Shown here one piece after another: positions 18,250-27,956 of a stretch of 64,000 nt of DNA. The position numbers and the translations under genes were made by a program. This stretch comes from an uncultured Thermoplasmata archaeon. GTDB lineage: Archaea > Thermoplasmatota > Thermoplasmata > Lutacidiplasmatales > UBA184. Position 1 is the first letter of the stretch; each line of letters opens with the position of its first letter. A model generated the notes under the pieces. That model ran no database searches and was not told where the DNA came from. It worked only from the letters and a program-made list of their open reading frames with translations. The DNA lies in assembly GCA_963773945.1 (NCBI GenBank), contig CAVZDD010000004.1:40795-104794 (forward strand), written 5' to 3'.

Positions 18250-19059
18250 TCACCGGAGCCGACGGCGAGCACGCCCGAGTTCCCGAGCCCGGGTCCGATC
18301 GACCTCGATGCCGATGGCGTCGCGGCCCAACTTCGCGGCTTCCCACAGCGTCGTCCCCGTGCCGGCGAACGGATCGAGGACCGTGTCCCCCCGGATGGAG
18401 AACATCCGGATCAATCGGCGGGGGATCTCCGCCGGGAAGGCCCCGGAACGTCCGCCCCCCTGAGACTGCGGTCGGCCTCGAATTCCCTCCCAGATCTGGG
18501 AGAACCAGAGATCCCGTTCCGCCCGAGTGTACCGACTGGCCCGCCGAACCGGCGATCTGGCCGGTAGCTTGCGGAGTGACCCCTTCCGGAAGAGTAGAAT
18601 GAACTCGCAATCGAGTGTTACATAGGCATTGGGCGGGAGAAACCCGGACCCGAGAAAGGCGTTCGGTTTGTTGGTCGGTTTTTTCCACAAGATGTACGGG
18701 AGCGACCGAAAACCGAGCCCTTCCGCCGCTACGACGGTACGCGCATGGTTCGGCCAGAGCCGAAACTCGCCCCCGACGCTTCGAACGGCGTCCCCTATGT
18801 TGACGGCAAGGATTCCTCCGGGAATCAACGCCCGGTAGCAGCCCGCCCAGACCCGGTCCAGCTCCCGGTGCATCGCCTCAAAATCGGCGGCGCCCCAGGC
18901 CGCGAACAGTTCGTCCCACTGCGGGATCATCGGATACGGCGGTGAGGTGACCACTAGGGCCACCGACCCCGAGCGAACGTCGGCCATGCGACGGGCGTCC
19001 CCGGCGATGATTCGGACCGACCCCGGGGAAGTCAAGGTGGTTCGGGGACGCCGGCTCAC
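18250..19059 (-). CDS. beta-class DNA methyltransferase (N4-cytosine or N6-adenine), no adjacent endonuclease
   Basis: 269-aa ORF with a GTG start. Motif IV 'VVTSPPYP' precedes motif I 'DTVLDPFAGTGTT', which is the beta-class order. Confidence 0.8.
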   Translation of the reverse strand: MSRRPRTTLTSPGSVRIIAGDARRMADVRSGSVALVVTSPPYPMIPQWDELFAAWGAADFEAMHRELDRVWAGCYRALIPGGILAVNIGDAVRSVGGEFRLWPNHARTVVAAEGLGFRSLPYILWKKPTNKPNAFLGSGFLPPNAYVTLDCEFILLFRKGSLRKLPARSPVRRASRYTRAERDLWFSQIWEGIRGRPQSQGGGRSGAFPAEIPRRLIRMFSIRGDTVLDPFAGTGTTLWEAAKLGRDAIGIEVDRTRARELGRARRRLR

Positions 19060-19089
19060 CGTTTATAGCTCGTAGACCCTCAAAGGCCC

Positions 19090-20394
19090 GTGAAGCTCGA
19101 CCGACCGGTTCTCCAGGTCGCTCTCGATTTCGAGAACCTGTCGCGGGCGCTCCAGGCCGCGAAGGAAGCGGTCGACGGGGGCGCCGACTGGGTCGAGGCC
19201 GGTACTCCACTCATCAAAAGCGAGGGCCTCGACGCGGTCCGGGAGCTGAAGCGAGCGTTCCCGAATCACCGGATCATCGCGGATCTCAAAGTGATGGACA
19301 CCGGCGCCTTCGAGGTCGAGATCGCGGCAAAGGCCGGCGCGGACCTCATCACCGTCCTCGGCGCCGCCGACGACGATACGATCGCCGATGCCGTCCGGGC
19401 GGGGGAGAAGTATGGGGCCGAGATCGTCGTCGACCTGTTGAACGTACCGGACCCGGTGGCTCGGGCCAAGCGCTCGGCGGAACTGGGCGCCGGGGCGGTC
19501 TGCTGGCACATCGGCATCGACATGCAGATGGCCGGCAAAACCCCCTTCGCCGCCCTCGAGGCCCTCGCCCGCGCGTCGCCCATTCCGGTTTCGGTGGCCG
19601 GGGGCCTGAACTCCGAAACAGTCGCGCAAGCGACCCGGGCCGGTGCGTTGATCCTGATCGTCGGCGGGGCCATCACCAAGAGCCCCGACGTAGCCGAGGC
19701 GACCCGCCGGATCCGGCAGGCGATGACCACCCAGACCGAGGTGGCGACCGAGCTGTTCCGGCGCGTCAGCGAGGCGGACCTCCGGCAGGCGTTCCTGAAG
19801 GTCTCCACGCCCAACATCAGCGACGCACTTCAGCGGAAGGGCGCCCTCCATGGGCTGCTCCCGCACCACAAGGATCCCACCTTCCGGATGGCCGGGCCGG
19901 CGGTCACCGTCGTCACCCGCGACGGCGACTGGGCGAAACCGGTCGAGGCGATCGACCGGGCCGGACCCGGCGACGTGATCGTCGTCGATGCCGGGAGTGG
20001 CACGACCGCCGTGTGGGGGGAGCTCGCGTCCTGGAGTGCGCACGTGCGGAAGGTCTCCGGGGTCGTCATCGACGGAGCGGCCCGGGACATCGATGCGATT
20101 CTCGAGCTCGGGTTCCCGGTGTTCAGCCGAACACTCTCCCCCAACGCCGGGGAGCCGAAGGGTCACGGGGAGATCGGGGTCGAGGTGGTCGTGGGGGGCC
20201 AACGGATCCGGCCGGGCGACTGGATCGTCGGCGACCTCTCGGGATTGGTCGTGGTGCCGCGCGAACGGGCCCAAGAGATCGCCAATCGGTCGCTGGACGT
20301 TCTCGAGCACGAGAACCGGGTCCGGGAAGAGATCCAGCGGGGCAGCACCCTGGGCCAGGTCCAAAAGCTCGAGCGATGGGAACGCGTGAGCTGA
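19090..20394 (+). CDS. bifunctional 3-hexulose-6-phosphate synthase / RraA-like domain protein
   Basis: 434-aa ORF with a GTG start. The N-terminal half has 'LQVALD' and 'IIADLKVMD' (HPS/OMP-decarboxylase family). The C-terminal half has 'GELASWSAHVRKVSGVVIDGAARD' and 'FPVFSR' (RraA/aldolase-like fold). Confidence 0.75.
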   Translation: MKLDRPVLQVALDFENLSRALQAAKEAVDGGADWVEAGTPLIKSEGLDAVRELKRAFPNHRIIADLKVMDTGAFEVEIAAKAGADLITVLGAADDDTIADAVRAGEKYGAEIVVDLLNVPDPVARAKRSAELGAGAVCWHIGIDMQMAGKTPFAALEALARASPIPVSVAGGLNSETVAQATRAGALILIVGGAITKSPDVAEATRRIRQAMTTQTEVATELFRRVSEADLRQAFLKVSTPNISDALQRKGALHGLLPHHKDPTFRMAGPAVTVVTRDGDWAKPVEAIDRAGPGDVIVVDAGSGTTAVWGELASWSAHVRKVSGVVIDGAARDIDAILELGFPVFSRTLSPNAGEPKGHGEIGVEVVVGGQRIRPGDWIVGDLSGLVVVPRERAQEIANRSLDVLEHENRVREEIQRGSTLGQVQKLERWERVS

Positions 20395-20446
20395 GGAGCC
20401 TCGAGGGCCCGAAGGTGAATAAGCTCCGGCGCTCCGGGGAAACCGT

Positions 20447-20547
20447 GCTCCCGTAGTCTAGTCCGGTCAAGGATAGAGGGCCTTCGAGGCGGGAACGTTC
20501 CCCGCCGAGGACACCCTCCAACCCGGGTTCAAATCCCGGCGGGAGCA
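20447..20547 (+). tRNA. tRNA-Glu (anticodon UUC) with 26-nt intron at the canonical 37/38 position
   Basis: The acceptor GCTCCCG/CGGGAGC has 7 Watson-Crick pairs. The T arm is CCGGG-TTCAAAT-CCCGG. The anticodon stem GAGGG/CCCTC encloses a perfect hBHBh' motif: CCTT | CGA | GGCGGG-AACGTTC-CCCGCC | GAGG | ACA. Confidence 0.85.
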
Positions 20548-20567
20548 TTCTCTACCGTTCACCGAGG

Positions 20568-21659
20568 TCATTCGACCGCGAGGCCGGCCGGAATCGACTC
20601 CACAGGGTTCGGAGACCGGTACCGCCGGTACAGGACCGTCATCAACCCGACGGCGGCGACGATCGCGAGAAACGCGAACAAGTCTCCGAGGAGATTCTCA
20701 ATGGCCGCGTCGAAAATGAGGAACGTCAGGAGGCCCACGGAGAGGTACGCGAGCTGGGATTCGTTGCCCGCACTTCCGATAGTGAAGCGCAGGACCAGGA
20801 GACACACCGCCGAGAACGTCCACCCGAGGGCGACCGTGAGGAAAGGATCCTGGAGGAGCATCGGAGTTCCCCAGAAAACGATGAAAAACCCCCACACAAA
20901 GACGGCACCCAGGAGCAGCGCCGCCCGTGGAGCGATCCTCGGGAGTGGGCTACGGGGTCGGAGCCATTCGGCGGGAATCTTCCGGGCCGCCAGCACGAGC
21001 AGGGCGATGGCTATCAGGCACCCGGCCACCAGCGGCGGTGAGAGAACGTACGATCGCTCGAAAAGGAAGAACATCAGCGTCACCGTCAGGAGATACGCTC
21101 CGAAGGTCCATCCAAGCCCCCGACTCGAGAGGAACGGCCGGCCCCGTGAGACCGGGTACAGAAGGCCGACGAGCACGATCGGGAGCGCGATGCTGAAGAT
21201 TGCGTGGAAGAGGGTCAGCTCGCCGGCCCAGACCCAGTTCACGCCGGCCCAGTGCGTATAGGGACCGTAGTTCGGGTGACCGATCTCCGCCCAGTCGAAG
21301 AAGGTCTTGGTTCCGAGTCCCTCCTCGGCAATACCGTAAGCCGCACCGAGCAGGAGCACCGGAGCCCACCCCCGGTTCCACCGCAGTGTGATTTCCCGGA
21401 TCACGAGGACCCCGCCTCCGTAAAGTCCGATCAGAAACAGATCGCCCACCGGATTCAGCAGGGCGGCGACGGGGGTCGACCCCGTCAGGAGCTCAGGAAT
21501 CAGAATCGAGAGTCCCACCAGCACCAGGGCGGGACGATGGGAGCGCAGCCACTGACGAAGGGCGGAAGGGCGAGAGGCCGCCGGTGCCGCCGGCAGGAGT
21601 GACGGTGGAATCGTGAGCCCCGCCACATCGGGCGGGACACCGGAATTCATGGCTCCCAC
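20568..21659 (-). CDS. polytopic membrane protein of unknown function
   Basis: 363-aa ORF with about 9-10 hydrophobic helices. I recognise no family motif. Confidence 0.6.
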   Translation of the reverse strand: MGAMNSGVPPDVAGLTIPPSLLPAAPAASRPSALRQWLRSHRPALVLVGLSILIPELLTGSTPVAALLNPVGDLFLIGLYGGGVLVIREITLRWNRGWAPVLLLGAAYGIAEEGLGTKTFFDWAEIGHPNYGPYTHWAGVNWVWAGELTLFHAIFSIALPIVLVGLLYPVSRGRPFLSSRGLGWTFGAYLLTVTLMFFLFERSYVLSPPLVAGCLIAIALLVLAARKIPAEWLRPRSPLPRIAPRAALLLGAVFVWGFFIVFWGTPMLLQDPFLTVALGWTFSAVCLLVLRFTIGSAGNESQLAYLSVGLLTFLIFDAAIENLLGDLFAFLAIVAAVGLMTVLYRRYRSPNPVESIPAGLAVE

Positions 21660-21774
21660 TTCGCCCTTGTTTCTCTGAACGGAGGTATATCAACTCCCGT
21701 CGATTCCCTGACGGACCCGTACCGAGGCCGCTCCCCTCGGTCCCTTCTCGCCCGTCAATGCTTTCCCCCTCAGG

Positions 21775-22701
21775 GTGTCGGTCGACCCGATGCCCTCTTC
21801 GAAGTCCGCCGTGCACATGTTAGCCGACAAGTCCCTCCATATCCTGGTCACCGGCGCCACGGGTCACCAGGGCGGTACCGTCCTGCGCCACCTCAGGGCC
21901 CGGGGTCATCGCCTCCGGGCTCTGGTCCGAGACAAGAACCCGCCCGCCGTCAAGGAGCTCCAGAAGCTCGGCGTCGAGGTATTCCAGGGTAACTTCGAGG
22001 ACGCCCACGCCATCGAGCAGGCCGCGCACTACGTCGACGCGGCCTTTCTCATGAGCACCGCCTACGAGAAAGGCGCGGACGCAGAACAAGTGCAAGGAAT
22101 CGCCGCGATTGACGCCCTGCGGGCGGCGGACGTCCCGTACATCGTCTATTCGTCCGTAGCCTCGGCAACCCAGCACACGGGGATCCCCCACTTCGACAGC
22201 AAGTTCGCCGTGGAGAATCATCTCCGGAGCTCTGGAACACCATTCGCGATCACCGCCCCTGTCGCGTTTATCGAGAACATGATCGCGCCGTTCGCGCTCC
22301 CGGCGCTTGCACAGGGGGCACTCGCCCAAGCCACCCCGCCCGAGAAACCGGTGCAAATGATCGCCCTCGATGACTTGGGGGCCTTCAACACCCTTGTCCT
22401 CGAGAACCCTACTAAGTTTCGGGGACAGCGTGTTGAAATCGCGAGCGACGAGGTCACGGGGCTCCAGGCGGCCGAAATCCTGAGCCGACGGGCGGGCCGT
22501 CCGATCCAGTTCCGGCAAGTACCGTTGGAGGCCCTCCGTCAACGCAGCGAGGACCTGGCCCGCATGATGGACTGGTTGAGTCACCACGGCTACACGGTCG
22601 ACATCGCGCGACTCCGGCGCGACTACCCGGACGTGGGCTGGCACCGCTTCGAGGAGTGGGCCGCCGAACAGGACTGGGCCCGACTGCTCGCTCCGGCCTA
22701 A
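21775..22701 (+). CDS. NmrA-family NAD(P)-binding protein
   Basis: 'ILVTGATGHQGG' Rossmann motif and overall NmrA-like length. ATG 21817 is an alternative start. Confidence 0.75.
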   Translation: MSVDPMPSSKSAVHMLADKSLHILVTGATGHQGGTVLRHLRARGHRLRALVRDKNPPAVKELQKLGVEVFQGNFEDAHAIEQAAHYVDAAFLMSTAYEKGADAEQVQGIAAIDALRAADVPYIVYSSVASATQHTGIPHFDSKFAVENHLRSSGTPFAITAPVAFIENMIAPFALPALAQGALAQATPPEKPVQMIALDDLGAFNTLVLENPTKFRGQRVEIASDEVTGLQAAEILSRRAGRPIQFRQVPLEALRQRSEDLARMMDWLSHHGYTVDIARLRRDYPDVGWHRFEEWAAEQDWARLLAPA

Positions 22702-22707
22702 CCCCCG

Positions 22708-23541
22708 CTACCGCCTCGGACGGCCCGTCCCATCGACCGGTTGTCGAAGCAGTTCGCGACCGATGGACTCCCGAAGGCGCGCGCGACGGACGAGTCCGGT
22801 CAAGTAGCGCGCCTGACCGCGATTGGGCCCCCCCCAGGTTCGGAACCATTGGACCGGGTACCGCACGTTCCACAGCACCAGGCCCTCGGGCGGCGCCAGC
22901 GGCAAGGTGAGGCGGCGTTCCCCCCGCAGGGCTGCCTCGAGGGCCGCCAGACTGAGCGTGCCATCATCGACCTTCCCCAAGGCGGCGATGATCTTGCGGA
23001 CCATTCCCCAGACGAACGAAGGGGCCCGGATATCCACGACCAGCCATCGGGCGCCGGATTGATGCACCCGGACCGAGTCAATCGTTCGAAAGGTTAGACG
23101 CTCCAAGGGCGTATCCCGGCCGAAAGATCGAACGTCAATTTCCCCTCGGAACCGGGCGGCCCCCGCCTGCCAGCGCTCCATACTGTGCCCCTCCGCGGGC
23201 TCGAAATACCGATACCAACGGCCGGTCGCGGCTCGCGCCGAAAACTCCGGAGGTACTTCGCAAATCGCCGTGAAGGCGATCTCGGGAGCGATCCCATTCA
23301 ACGCACGCATCAGGGCCGCGGCGGGAAGGGTAGAGGTGAGAGCCAACGCGTTGGCCCGGGCGCTCACTCCTCGGTCGGTCCGGCTCGCCACGGTAAGCCC
23401 GGCGGCTTCGATCGAGGGCGCCACGCGGGTTCGGGGAATGCCCTCCCGCAGGACGCCCTCGACCGTCCGAAGGCCGGGCTGACGGGCCCAGCCGGCGAAC
23501 TCGACCCCGTCGTATCCGAACCTGACCAGCCAGCGCGACAT
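22708..23541 (-). CDS. truA: tRNA pseudouridine synthase A
   Basis: 277-aa ORF. 'VRFGYDGVEFAGWARQPG' and the catalytic-Asp motif 'SRTDRGVSA' are TruA signatures. Confidence 0.85.
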   Translation of the reverse strand: MSRWLVRFGYDGVEFAGWARQPGLRTVEGVLREGIPRTRVAPSIEAAGLTVASRTDRGVSARANALALTSTLPAAALMRALNGIAPEIAFTAICEVPPEFSARAATGRWYRYFEPAEGHSMERWQAGAARFRGEIDVRSFGRDTPLERLTFRTIDSVRVHQSGARWLVVDIRAPSFVWGMVRKIIAALGKVDDGTLSLAALEAALRGERRLTLPLAPPEGLVLWNVRYPVQWFRTWGGPNRGQARYLTGLVRRARLRESIGRELLRQPVDGTGRPRR

Positions 23542-23571
23542 CGACGACTCGTAGGACGGGACGGGCTCTGC

Positions 23572-24144
23572 TTAGACGGGCTTCCCGGAACCCGCCGGAG
23601 CTTTGGTGGTGTGTTCGAGGAGGTCCCGGAACGTCTCGAAGAACTTGAGATACGGGTCCGCCCGGCGGCGGTCCTCCAGGTCGAGCAGTCCGATCTCGTA
23701 CTGGGCCTTGGCCTTGGGGTCTCCCAGTTTCGCGTGGACGAGGTACGTGCAAAGCAACTGGTAGTTGGCCAGTACGATCGCCTCCGGCCGGGGCGTGCTC
23801 ATCTCGCCCTTGCGGGGTCGATGGATCCGGTCGAGGGGGAGCTTTTCCGCCACGGCCCGCCGGTGGGAGAACCCGAAGAACCGGCCCGGTCCGAGCACCC
23901 GGGTCACCTCCTTCACGCTGCCCGCGAACGAGTTCGTCAGGCGATCGGTCTCGTGCCAACACCACAGTCCGAACCCATAGTCACCGGAGAGATATTCCTT
24001 CCAGGCCTCTCCGAAGAGCTGAGCCTCCCGCTCCTCGGCCGTTAGCTCGACGGGCAGGTTGGCTCGCCAGTCGCCCAGCAGCGCATCGACGCGCATGGAC
24101 GGAGAGAAGGTCTTGAACAGCGGAACCGGTGCGACTGCACTCAT
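23572..24144 (-). CDS. hypothetical protein
   Basis: 190-aa ORF with coding-like composition, lying between the amidohydrolase and truA on the same strand. No recognised motif. Confidence 0.55.
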   Translation of the reverse strand: MSAVAPVPLFKTFSPSMRVDALLGDWRANLPVELTAEEREAQLFGEAWKEYLSGDYGFGLWCWHETDRLTNSFAGSVKEVTRVLGPGRFFGFSHRRAVAEKLPLDRIHRPRKGEMSTPRPEAIVLANYQLLCTYLVHAKLGDPKAKAQYEIGLLDLEDRRRADPYLKFFETFRDLLEHTTKAPAGSGKPV

Positions 24145-24174
24145 CGGACGCCCGCCACCCTCATGCCGGCCCCC

Positions 24175-25776
24175 TTAAGCCGCTGACGCGGGGAAGCGCC
24201 GACGGCCTCCCACCCAGGTCTCCACGACCGGAGGTCGCTCGCTCGCGAGGGCGGCATCGAGCGACGGGGTCGACGTGACCACGAAGTCGGCTGGACTTCC
24301 CACGGCCAAACGTCCCAGCCCGGTCTCTCCCAGAATCGGACCGGCATTGCACGTGTACAACTGGAACGCCTCGATGGGAGCCAGGCGTTCGGATGCGGTG
24401 AAGCGCCCGAACTCGGACCGCGGGGCCCGGAACACCGCCGCGCGGAGGCCGGTCCAAGGGTCGAGGGGTTCGACGGGGGAATCGCTCGCCCCCCCGAGAT
24501 GGAAACCGTGATCCGTGAGCGTTCGGAAGGCGTAGGTCCACCGCGCTCGTTCGGGCCCCAACCGCTGGACGGCCCACCGGTCGGTCTCCACAAAGTGGGG
24601 TTGCACGACGAGATGCGGCCGGCCTTTTTCGAGCTCCGGCCAAACCCCGGGCGGTGTCAAGGAAGCGTGTTCGATCCGAGGGGTCCCCGCAGAGGGGACG
24701 TCTCCGAGAATGCCCAGGGCGCGAAGGAGGGCCCGGTCTCCAATGGCATGAAGGGCTGGCAAGAGGCCGAGATCGCACGCCCCCTGAAGGGCAACTCTCA
24801 GAGCGGCATCCTCCCAGATCGGAAACCCGGCAGTGTCGGGCATGTCGGTGTAGGGGGCGCGGAGCCAGGCCGTCCTCGTGCCAAACGCGCCATCGGTGAT
24901 CGCCTTGACGCCGATCAGCCGCCACTCCGCGTCGAAACTCGGGGTGGGTAAGGAGGCGTGTTGATCGAGGGAGCGCAGGTCGAGGTAGAAACGGACCTTG
25001 ACCGGCAGCCCCTCGGTCGAGAGGTGGGCCACGGCGTCAATCTCCTCGGGGCTGGCGAGCACCGGGCAAAGGGTCGTCAAGCCGACCGAGGCCGCTTCCT
25101 CCAACAAACGTCGATACCCGGGGCCATTCGCCCGCACCCACGCCCGGCTCGCTGGCGACGTACTCAAGCGGGCGAGCGCCGCGTCGTAGAGCAACCCATT
25201 CAGCCGCCCCCCGGCGTCGCGTCCGAACCGGCCTCCGGGCGGGTCGATGATGTCCTCGTCGATCCCGTACTCTACGAGCGCTCTCGAGTTCAACACGGCG
25301 GCGTGCATGCTGATCTGGAACAGAATCAATGGTTGCTCCGGGGAGATCCGGTCGAGTTCGTCTCGCGTGGGGTCCCGCGGATCCGGCCAAACGGTCGAAT
25401 CCCACCCGACCCCTATCACGGGGGTTGGGGAACCCGGACTCAGGCGAGCCCGCACCCGTTGCGCAAGCTCGTCGCGGGTCCGGGCGTCGCGCAGGTCGAC
25501 TCCTTCCCGCTCCAGCAAAGTATCGGTCAGGTGCATGTGCAGGTCGATGAGGCCGGGCAGCACCAGCCGGCCCCGGAGGTCGACCACCTCGGTCCCGGCC
25601 CCCCTGGCATGCCGCACGACATCGTCCGGGCCTACAGCCCGGACCGCTCCGCCCTCGACGAGGAAGCCCTCGGCGAAGCCGGTCCCGGTGAATACCCGGC
25701 CGTTGAGCCAGGCCCGGTCGACGGGGTTCGCCATCGACGAGGGCAGCCCCGAGCGGGTTAAACCGCTCGCGCGCAC
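24175..25776 (-). CDS. amidohydrolase family protein (YtcJ/Amidohydro_3-like)
   Basis: 533-aa ORF. It has the metal-binding 'LPGLIDLHMHL', and later 'HAIGDRA' and 'GGASDSPVEPLDP'. ATG 25734 is an alternative start. Confidence 0.8.
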   Translation of the reverse strand: MRASGLTRSGLPSSMANPVDRAWLNGRVFTGTGFAEGFLVEGGAVRAVGPDDVVRHARGAGTEVVDLRGRLVLPGLIDLHMHLTDTLLEREGVDLRDARTRDELAQRVRARLSPGSPTPVIGVGWDSTVWPDPRDPTRDELDRISPEQPLILFQISMHAAVLNSRALVEYGIDEDIIDPPGGRFGRDAGGRLNGLLYDAALARLSTSPASRAWVRANGPGYRRLLEEAASVGLTTLCPVLASPEEIDAVAHLSTEGLPVKVRFYLDLRSLDQHASLPTPSFDAEWRLIGVKAITDGAFGTRTAWLRAPYTDMPDTAGFPIWEDAALRVALQGACDLGLLPALHAIGDRALLRALGILGDVPSAGTPRIEHASLTPPGVWPELEKGRPHLVVQPHFVETDRWAVQRLGPERARWTYAFRTLTDHGFHLGGASDSPVEPLDPWTGLRAAVFRAPRSEFGRFTASERLAPIEAFQLYTCNAGPILGETGLGRLAVGSPADFVVTSTPSLDAALASERPPVVETWVGGRRRFPASAA

Positions 25777-25779
25777 GGC

Positions 25780-27265
25780 CTAGACGTCGAGGTACCTATA
25801 GAACTCGTAGGGGTGGGGCCGGAGGTTGAGTTGCAACTGCTCGTCCATCTTGAGCTCCCGATACATTTCCAGGAACGATTCCGAGAAGACCGGGACCAGG
25901 AAGTCGTGGTCCGACGCAAGGCAGTCGAGCGCCTCGCCGAGGGACCCGGGGAGCTCCCGGATCCCGAGTTCCTTTCGCTTTTCGGGGGAGAGCTTGTAGA
26001 TGTCGGTGTCGACGGGGTTGCCCGGGTCGAGCTTCCGCTTGATGCCGTCCAATCCCGCCAGCGCGAGCGCGGCCTCGACGAGGTAGATGTTCGCTGAGGA
26101 GTCGGGGGTCCGGTACTCCAACCGCTTGGCGGACGGGTGACCCTTCAGGTAGAACGGGATCCGCACGTTGGCCGAACGGTTCGATTTGCTGTAGGCGATG
26201 AACACCGGCGCTTCGTAGCCGGGCACGAGTCGCCGGTAGGAGTTCGTGATCGGGTTCGTGATCGCGCACAGCCCGCGCGCGTGCTCCAGCAGCCCCCCGA
26301 TGTAGTATCGGCAGGTCTGGCTGATCTCGGCGTAGGGGTCGGAGGCGTCGAAGAAGACGTTCGTGCCCTTGGTCCAGAGGGATTGGTTGGTGTGGAGGCC
26401 GAGACCGTTGTCGCCGTAGACCGGTTTGGGCATGAAGGTCGCGACCTTCCCATGTTGCCGGGCGACGTTCTTGATCACGAACCGGACGTCCTGCACGTGG
26501 TCGGCCGCTGGAATCAGATCATCATACCGGATGTTGATCTCGGCCTGGCCCGCCGTCCCCACTTCGTGATGGTGGGCATCGACCTTGATGTGGAAATTGT
26601 CCATCAGAATGTTGCACATTTCGCTCCGCAGGTCTTGTAGCTGATCCGCGGGAGCCCCCCGGTGGTACCCCTCTTTGAACCGGATCGATCCGAGCCCATC
26701 TTTGTCCTGCCACGGCGCCTCGGAGCTGTCGATCAGGTATCCCGCGCCGCTCCACGCATCCCGAACGGAGTCGGCCGACGGGACCAGCCGAACCCCATCG
26801 AAAACGAAGAACTCGATCTCGGGGCCCCAGAAGGAACGGTCATCAGCCGGCTGCCTCGAGCACGCGAACGGTACGGCGAGCGATGCCCCGGGGATCTCGA
26901 GGGTAGGGAGTTCGGCTGCCTCCCTCGAGGATGTCGGCGATGAAGCGAGCGCTTCCGGAGCCTGCACTGCCCCACGGTATGGTCGCAAAGGTGCTTGGGT
27001 CCGGAAGAAGGACCATGTCGGATTCGTAGATCTCCCGGAACCCGCGGACCGACGAACCGTCCAACTTGGGAATCCCGGTGACGAAGGAGTCGGGCTCGAG
27101 CGCGTCGACTGGCATGTGGAGGTGGTTGTACCCTCCCATAATGTCGGTGTAGAAGATCTCCACCCAGCGCAGTTTCTGTGCGCGCAGGTCCGCCAGAATC
27201 TCGGCGCCGCGTGCCTCCGTCATCGACATCCCCGTTCCTCCGCTCGATCCCAATGCCGCCGACAT
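25780..27265 (-). CDS. glnA: glutamine synthetase type I, apparent frameshift
   Basis: The catalytic domain is in ORF 25780..26988 ('GPEIEFFVFD', 'NGLGLHTNQS', 'SNRSANVRIP'). The N-terminal beta-grasp domain is in ORF 26843..27265 ('VEIFYTDIMGG', 'DGSSVRGF', 'DPRGIARR'). That second ORF ends in TGA at 26843 in a different frame. Confidence 0.85.
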
Positions 27266-27338
27266 GCCGTCCTCGACCCCTCCGACCGTTCCTCGCTACA
27301 TCAACCCTGTGCCGTCAGAAATGGACAATCATCCCAAC

Positions 27339-27349
27339 AAAGAAATATT
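27339..27349. promoter_or_regulatory. AT-rich TATA-like element in the glnA / lrp divergent intergenic region
   Basis: AAAGAAATATT is the only strongly AT-rich element in 27266-27381. It is followed by the Shine-Dalgarno-like AAGGAGG (27369-27375) before ATG 27382. Confidence 0.35.
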
Positions 27350-27381
27350 CGGTGGACATAGTGAACATAAGGAGGAATTCC

Positions 27382-27855
27382 ATGGGTCAATCGTCCGCCG
27401 TGGATGACCTCGACCGCTCCCTGTTAGCGGAATTGAACATCAACGCGCGACGGAGCGACCGGGAGATCGCGAGGCGGCTCCATGTCTCCCCCACGACGAT
27501 CAGTCATCGGCTCGAACGGCTCGAGAAGCTCGGGGTGGTCCGCGGTTACATCCCGCTCCTCGACGACGAGCTGTTGGGATGGGACCTGTGGGCGACCATC
27601 GGCATCCGGATCTTGAAGGGCAAGCTCCGGGAGGTCGAGGAACGGCTGGGGAAGGACCCCCGGGCCTATGCGATCTACGACGTGACCGGCGACTTCGATG
27701 CGCTCATCATCGGCCGCTTCCGAGACCGCCGGGACCTGGACCGGTTCGTCAAGCACACCCTCCAGGACCCGTATGTCGAACGGACCAGCACGCAGGTCGT
27801 GCTGAATCGGGTCAAAGAGGACCGGCGCGTGCCGATCTCCGCCCGACCGGCCTGA
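27382..27855 (+). CDS. Lrp/AsnC family transcriptional regulator
   Basis: The start is ATG 27382, after AAGGAGG. It has the HTH 'RRSDREIARRLHVSPTTISHRLERLEKLGVV' and a C-terminal RAM-like domain 'AIYDVTGDFDALI'. Confidence 0.85.
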   Translation: MGQSSAVDDLDRSLLAELNINARRSDREIARRLHVSPTTISHRLERLEKLGVVRGYIPLLDDELLGWDLWATIGIRILKGKLREVEERLGKDPRAYAIYDVTGDFDALIIGRFRDRRDLDRFVKHTLQDPYVERTSTQVVLNRVKEDRRVPISARPA

Positions 27856-27956
27856 GGGCGAGGACCCTTCCGTTCGGCCCTGGTGGACCCGGGCGATTGC
27901 GCGGCCTCCGGAACGCCTTTAAGGAATCGTCCCGACTAACGGGAACGAGGATCAGG

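Noticed and set aside
20395-20446. Integration scar at tRNA-Glu that would place the T4SS-like operon in an ICE.
   Set aside because: I found no second copy of the tRNA-Glu 3' end in the window. The HPS gene separates the tRNA from the operon, and no integrase is present.
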